Below, piece after piece: positions 37,871 through 46,835 of a stretch of DNA of 64,000 nt. Position numbers and translations under genes: made by a program. This DNA is from Nemertoderma westbladi (Eukaryota > Animalia > Xenacoelomorpha), in the NCBI GenBank assembly GCA_032718475.1, contig JAUCBJ010007289.1, positions 420,741 through 484,740 of the forward strand, in the 5' to 3' direction. The first letter of the stretch is position 1. The number at the start of each line of letters is the position of its first letter. The notes beneath the pieces were generated by a model, which was not told the origin of the DNA, did not search any database, and saw only the letters and a program-made list of their open reading frames with translations.

Positions 37871-40800
37871 ATGACGGAATTAATAGAAGATGACCTTGGT
37901 ATTAGAGAACGATATACCCTACCTTTACAAGCGTTTGTGGATAGCTTGATACCCGGTGAAGCCGATCCGACTATTACGGAGGACGATGGTCGTTATATCG
38001 AACCGCCGATGTCCCAGGAACAACTTACGCGTGAATTGGACTATAGAAAATTCACCGCTCGCTATACGAATCGTAACGGTACGTATATGGACTTCTTGAC
38101 TACCGGCCATCCTACCGATTTACATGATACGGACGATATAGACACCGAAAGGGAAATGGTTCTCTTTAAATATCATACCCAGAGGAGTCGTAATGATAAA
38201 CCGAGAATAGAACACGAGAACTCTATTCGCAATCTACTCGACAGAGAAAGCGTGGAAGAACCCGATAAGCGCATCAACTTCAACGACTACCTGGAATTTT
38301 TGAGAGAAACCTATCTCAATATTGCCAGTCAACAGAACCTAGAGACTCGATATCCCCAAGGTATACATCATGATCCCATGGTAGAACTCAAACGACTCTA
38401 TTTCACCATGATGTATCTTACCGCAGATCGTCCACTGCCTGTTGTCCCAGACAGCTTTGAACAAATGGAAGAGTATTGCAAAACTGGAGAACGATCACCC
38501 GCGTTTCCTCTGCAGGACGTACGTCTTTGGTATTATTGTGACACATGCCCTAGACCTAACCAGCAAACGGAAAGACATAAACATCCGCGGAGACGTTGTG
38601 CTAAACACAGTTTTACGCGTTATACTTACGGGAGTTTCGAGCGAAACCTGTTCGACGTATCGCCTACGATCGCCCGTCTCAAACGATCGTTAAATAAACC
38701 CATGATCCGAGTTCCGGAATACTCGATCAGGCCTCCTCATTACCCAGTGAGACCTCAAACTCTTGATCCTAACAGCATCACTGATCCTCCCGAGTTATAT
38801 TCACTGTTCAAAGATTTGGTGTTACCCGAGCAGTTAATCGGTGGTGTTCCGACAGTAGGTTCGTTAGATATTCGACCATCCTATTTAACCGGATTGGGAC
38901 GCGGGCATCTAACATTGCCATTTAATCCTTACAATCGGCCAGGATTAACCCCGATACAACCTGCCACGGAAGTCGAGGAGAGCGTTATAAGAAAAGCTTT
39001 AGACGCCATCCGACAGAAAATCGGAAAGGGAACACAGGATTGTCTAGAGAAACGTAAACTACAGCAGCAGGTCCAATCGGTGAAAGAGTTAGCCTTGCCG
39101 CAGTTTGATAGAGAAATCCAAAACCTCGAAGAGGACATCGAGCTTGGACGTACGTATTCTCTACAGGAGTTTCTAGAAGAACGTTTACAGAAGCAAGCGG
39201 AGGAAAATCAACTCGAGGAGAAACATACGGAAATGGATGAGAGAGAAGAAGCTGCTTTAGCCCAACCCGAAGCTCAGATACTCATAACCGATCTCTACTC
39301 TAAAACCGTCCGTCACCCCTCGATGGTTCCGCATTTTGGAGACAAACTCTTCGCAAAGATACAACCCCAACCGGTTGATATCAGCATAAGATCGCAAAAT
39401 CTTATCGCTGACGCTCCTATGTTACAGCGTCCGCCAATCGAAGCTGCTCGCGTTGACGGTATACTCGTTGAACCTCCGGACAATCGAGCGGATCTTGTCC
39501 GTCGTATGGTACACGATGTCAACATACGCGCTAGACCTTTACAGAACTCTTTCTATGGAATTAAAGACCACCCTTATTACGTTAATTTGACTCAATATTA
39601 TATGGTAAAACCAGAAGACCCGACGCATAATTTAAAGTTTCTACCACTAATAAATCCTCTAGACATTGTCGAACTCGAACAATTGCAAAAGCATCTGGAT
39701 CAGTTAGTAAAATTAAACTCATTCCGAAAACCATATAACGTTTCTCGAACAGAGAAGGATACCGAACCTCCTTATAATCTCGATGGATTTATTAAAACTC
39801 GATTAGTCCATTGGAATCTAGACGTATTATTCGAGGAGGAGAAAATACAGAGATATGGAAATGTGGAGACGTATACCACTCGATATATGAAGTATAGTGA
39901 TCTCCCTGACGCTAATCAATGCGCCACCTTGTGGCATCCGGTAGGGATGACCCTCGAGAACGCCACCAAAGAGTGGAATGAAACTCTTAATGTCATCGAG
40001 ATGTATGGCGTTGTTACTTACGATAACGAAGGTAGCGTTCCGATCGGAGAATTAGGAACTATGCGCATGATACACATACGCGGATTAGCTGGTTCCACTC
40101 ACGTGTTTACGCGAGCGTGTTCCGACGTGAGCGATTATTCCTTTGAAACTCTCACCGAAACGCAAAAGAATCTCCGACATGGACAATTCGAACTCGCGCA
40201 GCGTTACGTCATTGACACCGAACGCAAACCGGCCATGGGTATCGATGGATCGATGCTACCCCAGCCCGTTCTAGAGATGTTGTTCAACGAAAGAATCATT
40301 AAAATCGGCTCAGCTGTTTATGGAGATCTCCAAAACGACTTTCGGAATATGGAAAATATCCCCTATCCTATCGTGGATACTCAGCTGATTGCTCCCTGGA
40401 CCGAAGGCCGAGGTTTCTTTCGCACCATGTATGCCAATACGTCTAGCAACATTACAAAGGTGCAACGAACTTCCATCGGACATCTTGCTTTTCAAGAATA
40501 CGGATGGAATTTCAAGGTCGGAAATCCCATCAACTATCAACAAGTATACGGAGACCATTATTCTCGATTATACTTTGACGGACCGTTGACCGCACCTGGC
40601 GCCGTGTATAGCTTCATGAGTGTTCCACTCCGCCCCTCCTTAGCTATCTACACGATTTTTGAAAACACCGCACTTTCCGGTTGGCTAGCCGATGTGTGCA
40701 GTCGTACTATACGCGCCCATCCATTAATCCTTGGGACCAAACTCGCTAAGCTAGATGAACATAATAAATTCATCCGCTTTGAATGTTTCCGGCGATTCTT

Positions 40801-42178
40801 AACCCCGTTTCGCAACATGGATAGCCAATTCAAAGACCGCGCTTTGACCAAGCTCAGCTTAAGAGACTCAGCTGCGGAGAAGTTAGATAGCGCTGGATTT
40901 GCTATTTTCAAAGACATTTGTATAACAAACCTGCACTCCTCTGTTATCCAAAGACCTCGAATCCCCACAGGTTATTCTGTCGTGGAAATTCAGACGGTAG
41001 GTCCACTTGAAGAGACAGCCATGCCTACCTCAACTATACAAGGAGAAGACGAACCCATATGCTTAGAATCCGAAGAGATTCAGCCTCCCACACCTCGGAG
41101 TAGCGACAGCGATTACATTTTGGAATGGTATCAAGGTCCACAGTGTCTCACTGCGTATGATTATCGCCATGCCAATTATGTTTCTCGACAACGTTGTCGG
41201 CTGTGCGCGTCGAGAGACCATATTACGTCTATGGACACAAACGATCTCTGTTCCTATTTCCACGAGCAACCGCCGATGGAAATCTATTGTGCATATTGCC
41301 GGCTTAACAATTTGCACATTTTTGCTGTCTGCCCCCAATTTATGACTCAATGCCATCATTGTCAATTAAAAGGACACGCCAGCTTTGATTGTCCCTTTAA
41401 TCATGATTTAGAGAGCGCAGATGAAATGATTGTACTACGTTATATCAGAGCTTGGGAAGCGAACGCTGATTTGCACTGTGATTCACGCCATCGCTATTAC
41501 CCTGGACGCGCTTACGAAGGAGTTTATGCGTTCCATCCTTATTTATTTGCCTCCGTCGAGCAGAAATCACGTATATCAAGTTACGAACTACTGAAGCGCG
41601 TCGGAGAATGTATTTCAACCAAATATGTGCGCAAATTTCTCAGGAGCATTAACCCTAGTGACATCCATTCTTACAACTTAATAAACTTTATCCGTCAAGA
41701 CCCTGATTATGGAGACTTATTTGTCAACTCGCACCCCGAGTTACAGGAAGTATATCGACGGCCTTACGAGTACCAAGCCCGCGAACGCGAGTTGGAAAGA
41801 ACCATTAAACCAAGGAAGTTTCTGACTGCCTATGGTCCACCTACGGCTCTCGTTCAGACCACTCTTAAAGGACCCGTAAGAGCGGCCGTCTTAAAACGTG
41901 CTCTAAAGGACGTTAGACCCCTCTCCACCGAAGTTGAAGTCAACCAACCCGGCACTTCGACCGGCGGATATACCGATCGTAATCCCATACCTTCTGATGC
42001 AATCATATTGCATATATATCATATTGCATCATATTGCCTCCTTGTAAAGTGGCTCGCCCCAAAGAGAGAAAGACTCTTGCTAGCTTTAAAAAACTGCGTA
42101 AATGCCGTCCGCGCAAGAAAGACTAACTGTTTAGAGTATTTTTATATTTTAGAAACTGTGATTTTGTATATTTTATAG
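37871..42178 (+). CDS. ORF3 of copy 2: accessory protein with coiled coil, DEDDy (WRN/RNase D/EXD-like) exonuclease fold and CCHC knuckles; last ~55 codons frameshifted relative to copy 1
   Basis: Open 1,435-aa frame. ExoI VVTYDNEG (~40010-40033), ExoII KIGSAVYGD (~40301-40327), ExoIII-like GPLTAPGAVYSFMS (~40580-40621). Knuckles CRLCASRDH, CAYCRLNNLHIFAVC and CHHCQLKGHASFDC. A local rearrangement at ~42010 changes the C-terminus. Confidence 0.85.
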   Translation: MTELIEDDLGIRERYTLPLQAFVDSLIPGEADPTITEDDGRYIEPPMSQEQLTRELDYRKFTARYTNRNGTYMDFLTTGHPTDLHDTDDIDTEREMVLFKYHTQRSRNDKPRIEHENSIRNLLDRESVEEPDKRINFNDYLEFLRETYLNIASQQNLETRYPQGIHHDPMVELKRLYFTMMYLTADRPLPVVPDSFEQMEEYCKTGERSPAFPLQDVRLWYYCDTCPRPNQQTERHKHPRRRCAKHSFTRYTYGSFERNLFDVSPTIARLKRSLNKPMIRVPEYSIRPPHYPVRPQTLDPNSITDPPELYSLFKDLVLPEQLIGGVPTVGSLDIRPSYLTGLGRGHLTLPFNPYNRPGLTPIQPATEVEESVIRKALDAIRQKIGKGTQDCLEKRKLQQQVQSVKELALPQFDREIQNLEEDIELGRTYSLQEFLEERLQKQAEENQLEEKHTEMDEREEAALAQPEAQILITDLYSKTVRHPSMVPHFGDKLFAKIQPQPVDISIRSQNLIADAPMLQRPPIEAARVDGILVEPPDNRADLVRRMVHDVNIRARPLQNSFYGIKDHPYYVNLTQYYMVKPEDPTHNLKFLPLINPLDIVELEQLQKHLDQLVKLNSFRKPYNVSRTEKDTEPPYNLDGFIKTRLVHWNLDVLFEEEKIQRYGNVETYTTRYMKYSDLPDANQCATLWHPVGMTLENATKEWNETLNVIEMYGVVTYDNEGSVPIGELGTMRMIHIRGLAGSTHVFTRACSDVSDYSFETLTETQKNLRHGQFELAQRYVIDTERKPAMGIDGSMLPQPVLEMLFNERIIKIGSAVYGDLQNDFRNMENIPYPIVDTQLIAPWTEGRGFFRTMYANTSSNITKVQRTSIGHLAFQEYGWNFKVGNPINYQQVYGDHYSRLYFDGPLTAPGAVYSFMSVPLRPSLAIYTIFENTALSGWLADVCSRTIRAHPLILGTKLAKLDEHNKFIRFECFRRFLTPFRNMDSQFKDRALTKLSLRDSAAEKLDSAGFAIFKDICITNLHSSVIQRPRIPTGYSVVEIQTVGPLEETAMPTSTIQGEDEPICLESEEIQPPTPRSSDSDYILEWYQGPQCLTAYDYRHANYVSRQRCRLCASRDHITSMDTNDLCSYFHEQPPMEIYCAYCRLNNLHIFAVCPQFMTQCHHCQLKGHASFDCPFNHDLESADEMIVLRYIRAWEANADLHCDSRHRYYPGRAYEGVYAFHPYLFASVEQKSRISSYELLKRVGECISTKYVRKFLRSINPSDIHSYNLINFIRQDPDYGDLFVNSHPELQEVYRRPYEYQARERELERTIKPRKFLTAYGPPTALVQTTLKGPVRAAVLKRALKDVRPLSTEVEVNQPGTSTGGYTDRNPIPSDAIILHIYHIASYCLLVKWLAPKRERLLLALKNCVNAVRARKTNCLEYFYILETVILYIL

Positions 42179-42204
42179 ACTTAAATCCGATTTTCTGGGA
42201 GCGG

Positions 42205-43377
42205 TGTAAAAGCTTTTGTGGGATAACTGATTCGTTTGCCTTGCCAACCAGTTACTGAATACTCCGTCGCTGAATACTCTAAAAAGGGATACCTAGCTAG
42301 AATAGTGTAAGCTACCGGCTGATTGGCTAATTTGCTGTGCGAGAGGATCTGGGCTCTGCTCGATCGGCCAATAGAATTTGAGTGGGCGTTGATTTTGACC
42401 TATCCCAGAGCTACTGAACTGAAATTTTCCTATCTCACTGCTCATCCTCTGTGTTGAACGGGAGCTTCGTGGAATAAGGGTAGTTGGTATCCTCGTATAG
42501 AGTAGTAGTCGGAGTCATATGATTCTGTTGTTGTGTTCCCATTTTTCGCCAGAACACCGGGCTTTTGGGAAGAACTTTAGTAAAACTGCTTAAATTATCG
42601 AAAGTATAAACTGTTACCTAATCTGATCAATCGACTAATCTAATCTAATCTTGATTGGCACACGGCACGAACTTACTTATTAATTATATTGTTTGTACTG
42701 TTATTTACCGTCAGTTATTAATTGTATCGATTTGTTGATGAAATATTGTCATCTGGAGAATATTGATAAATCACCCGAATTACCCAATTTTCTTGATACA
42801 CTACAGGTTAGAGAGACAGGCTATGTATAACAATTGCGATTTATATCAATGTGGTGTGTATTGAATCTAATGTTATTTAGTAGACACTACCTGAGTCAAT
42901 TGCTGTTCTTTTTATGTGTGATCAAATTTACTGACGGTCGGCAGAATAGTGTGCATGATTGTGATTGGTAACAAAGCATTTCCTAAAGAATGCGCTTTAT
43001 ACTTTAATTATAAGCATTATCGTTGCGTTTGGTATAAGTCCTAACTCTGTTTAAATAGATAGAGCGCCACGTCCTAAAGGAACTGTTAATATTTCCCGAA
43101 AGTGAATAATATCTGTCAGAAATTATATATTAGTGATCAATCGAATAATACAGTAGGTTTACACTGCAACCTTACGCTGCAATAATAAAATTTAAGCATC
43201 CGAATTCAGCCTCCCGGGTGTAGATCCATCGGGTGAATGATCGCGCATGGGCTGGCTTCGGCTAATGTTTTGTTTATCAGCATAAAATATTGTCGTATGC
43301 TAAAGGTTTGTTAATTAACTAAAAGACATACAAATTTTGGCAGGTTAAACTGCTAAAGGTCTTCAAAAGCGCGAACA
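42205..43377 (+). repeat. 3' LTR of copy 2 (type B, 1173 bp)
   Basis: Direct repeat of 23951-25133, preceded by the PPT and followed by TSD CTCAT. Confidence 0.97.
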
Positions 43378-43468
43378 CTCATATGGCGTATGAGATTACT
43401 GAGGATAGAGAAGTATGCCCAGTAACCCAGGGTCATAAATCTTTAGCGACAATGTCAATATTTATTAG

Positions 43469-45666
43469 ATTATATGATGTTGACAACTACGACTTTAGAG
43501 GGATTGTAATATTCATATTAAAACAATAAAATAGGACATGGGGTCTATAGGGTAGAGGTGGGGTTCGTGGCACACTGCTGATGAGGAGAACCACGAATCC
43601 CAGGGTTTCAGTGTTTAAATCTCCGAAACCCTTTTATTTTTATAAAATTTATTACTTAGACTTACCTTTTTCGGCGGACAAAATGTCCTATATTTTTCGT
43701 AATTTATGGGATAGCCTATTTCGTGCAATACTTACCGGAACCTGTAGTTACTGTATGGTTTGGTGCAATTTTTCTTGTGGTAGTTGGGTTGGGTTTATGT
43801 AGCACTAAAATCGATTTGGTATTTTGTTGTGTGTTTTTTGATGGGCCTAGTGCCTGAGTACTAACAGTGGCCCAAGTGGCCCTAAATGCTAGGTAGTATC
43901 TGAGGGAAGAGACCCCATGTCCTATTTTATTGTTTTAATATGAATATTACAATCCCTCTAAAGTGGTAGTTGTCAACATCATATAATTATATATTTAAAG
44001 GGGTATTTCCTGACATCTGCGCAATTTTGTTTAAAAATCTGATCATATATCTGTACATACCGGTAGGTGCTAAATGGGGTTGGTTGCATTCAGTTGGGAA
44101 ATCATGTTTATGCATTTGGGGCTGATGGTAACATACATTGGGGGTGGGTGGTTTCAACTCTGTTGGGTGGTACGGTAGGATTTCTAATTTATTGGTCATT
44201 ATCTTAATTTAGTGGTGCAGTTTTGTTAGGGTAGAGGTGGGGTTCGTGGCACACTGCTGATGAGGAGAACCACGAATCCCAGGGTTCAGTGTTTAAATCT
44301 CCGAAACCCTTTTATTTTATAAAATTTATTACTTAGACTTACCTTTTTCGGCGGACAAAATGTCCTATATTTTTCGTAATTTATGGGATAGCCTATTTCG
44401 TGCAATACTCACCAGAACCTGTAGTTACTGTATGGTTTGGTGCAATTTTTCTTGTGGTAGTTGGGTTGGGTTTATGTAGCACTAAAATCGATTTGGTATT
44501 TTGTTGTGTGTTTTTTGATGGGCCTAGTGCCTGAGTACTAACAGTGGCCCAAGTGGCCCTAAATGCTAGGTAGTATCTGAGGGAATAGACCCCATGTCCT
44601 ATTTTATTGTTTTAATATGAATATTACAATCCCTCTAAAGTCGTAGTTGTCAACATCATATAATTATATATTTAAAGGGGTATTTCCTGACATCTGCGCA
44701 ATTTTGTTTAAAAATCTGATCATATATCTGTACATACCGGTAGGTGCTAATTGGGGTTGGTTGCATTCAGTTGGGAAATCATGTTTATGCATTTGGGGCT
44801 GATGGTAACATACATTGGGGGTGGGTGGTTTCAACTCTGTTTGGTGGTACGGTAGGATTTCTAATTTATTGGTCATTATCTTAATTTAGTGGTGCAGTTT
44901 TGTTAGGGTAGAGGTGGGGTTCGTGGCACACTGCTGATGAGGAGAACCATGAATCCCAGGGTTCAGTGTTTAAATCTCCGAAACCCTTTTATTTTTATAA
45001 AATTTATTACTTGGACTTACCTTTTTCGGCGGACAAAATGTCCTATATTTTTCGTAATTTATGGGATAGCCTATTTCGTGCAATACTTACCGGAACCTGT
45101 AGTTACTGTATGGTTTGGTGCAATTTTTCTTGTGGTAGTTGGGTTGGGTTTATGTAGCACTAAAATCGATTTGGTATTTTGTTGTGTGTTTTTTGATGGG
45201 CCTAGTGCCTGAGTACTAACAGTGGCCCAAGTGGCCCTAAATGCTAGGTAGTATCTGAGGGAATATCCCCATGTCCTATTTTATTGTTTTAATATGAATA
45301 TTACAATCCCTCTAAAGTCGTAGTTGTCAACATCATATAATTATATATTTAAAGGGGTATTTCCTGACATCTGCGCAATTTTGTTTAAAAATCTGATCAT
45401 ATATCTGTACATACCGGTAGGTGCTAATTGGGGTTGGTTGCATTCAGTTGGGAAATCATGTTTATGCATTTGGGGCTGATGGTAACATACATTGGGGGTG
45501 GGTGGTTTCAACTCTGTTGGGTGGTACGGTAGGATTTCTAATTTATTGGTCATTATCTTAATTTAGTGGTGCAGTTTTGTTAGGGTAGAGGTGGGGTTCG
45601 TGGCACACTGCTGATGAGGAGAACCACGAATCCCAGGGTTCAGTGTTTAAATCTCCGAAACCCTTT
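43469..45666. repeat. ~677-bp tandem array (3 units plus a partial) derived from a TIR element; interrupted by the copy 3 LTR
   Basis: TAGGGTAGAGGTGGGGTTCG starts at 43548, 44227, 44904 and 45581. 43469-43546 is the reverse complement of 43910-43987, which recurs in each unit. Confidence 0.92.
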
Positions 45667-46824
45667 TGTAAAAGCTTTTGCGGATATAATCAGTCCCCTT
45701 GCCCGCAAAGTACCGTGTGGGTGTTTTAACGGACATAAAAGTTGTTCTTCTATATGTGTGCTTTGGCGGACATGGCAAGACACAAAACCCGCAATGCGTC
45801 AAATCCTCTAGCACAGTGTAGCCTTGATGATTCAGATTACGACATCTAACAGCTGGTTGCTGGCATGGAAACGGCCGTTGGACACATGGTTCTTTGTTCA
45901 GCTTAACAGCCAATCAGAGCGATTTTTACTTTAGACGTGGAGATATTCTACAGATCGTACTAGGCGTGTTATGTCTTACAGTTTTCAGTGTTACAGTTTG
46001 TTGTTTTCTATCTAGGCCAAGAACACCGGCTCTGGAGTCAATTTGTTTCAGACTTTAGAAGAAACATTAGTAGGCTTGGATTATAGAGCGTATAACTGTT
46101 ATCAACCCAATCAGCGGTACAGTCTTACAGTGTTACATCATATCATATCTTAACCTACCGTCTTAATGCTTTTTACTGTTGTTATTATTTGTATCAGTTG
46201 GTTGAATATTATTACTTGGAGAACATCGATAAATAACCCAAATTTCCCAATTTTCTTGATACACTACAGGTTAGAGAGACAGGTTACATATAGCGATTGC
46301 GACTTATATTATCGTGGTTTGTAGTGAATTTAATGCTATTTGATAGGCACTACATGAGTCAATTGCTGTTCTCTTTATGTATGACCAAATTCATTGACGG
46401 TCGGCAGATTAGTGTGCATGATTGTGGCTGATAACTAAGCATTTCCTAAAGAATGCGCCTTATACGTGAATCATAAGCCTTACCGTTGTGTTTAGTATAA
46501 GTCATAGTTCTGTTCACCTAGATAGAGCGCCACGTCCTAAAGGAACTGTTAATATTTCCCGAAAGTGAATAATATTGGTCAGAAATTATTTATTAACGAT
46601 CAATCGAATAATACAGTAAGCTTACACTGCAATAAAATCTAAGCCATCCGAATCCAGTCTCCCGGGTATATCCAGCGGGTGAATGGATGCGCACTAGGCT
46701 GGCTTCGGCTAATGTTGTGTTTATTGGTATTAAATACTTGTCATATGCTAAAGTCTATTTATAAACCAAAAGACATATAAATTTTGGCAGGTTAAACTGC
46801 TAAAGGTCTTCAAAAGCGCGTACA
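45667..46824 (+). repeat. 5' LTR of copy 3 (type A, 1158 bp)
   Basis: TGTA...TACA termini; homologous to 14111-15313. Confidence 0.95.
46092..46102 (+). promoter_or_regulatory. Putative self-primer in type A LTR (ATAACTGTTAT; also 14536-14546)
   Basis: Exact reverse complement of the 11 nt immediately after the LTR (46825-46835). Confidence 0.7.
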
Positions 46825-46835
46825 ATAACAGTTAT
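46825..46835 (+). promoter_or_regulatory. Non-tRNA primer-binding site of copy 3 (ATAACAGTTAT)
   Basis: Abuts the LTR end, has no TGG, and is complementary to 46092-46102. Confidence 0.7.

Larger units (their letters stand above)
23951..43377 (+). mobile_element. Full-length BEL/Pao LTR retrotransposon, copy 2 (LTR subfamily B), 19,427 bp
   Basis: Near-identical LTRs at 23951-25133 and 42205-43377 with TG...CA ends. 5-bp TSD CTCAT at 23946-23950 and 43378-43382. Domain order Gag-PR-RT-RH-IN with BEL-specific motifs, plus extra ORF3. Confidence 0.97.

Noticed and set aside
37871-42178. ORF3 as an envelope glycoprotein
   Set aside because: No signal peptide, TM anchor or fusion-protein Cys pattern is visible. 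The motifs indicate a nucleic-acid-binding protein.
43581-45553. Repeated 63-91-aa ORFs in the 677-bp array
   Set aside because: No motifs, one unit is frameshifted, and recurrence only reflects tandem duplication.
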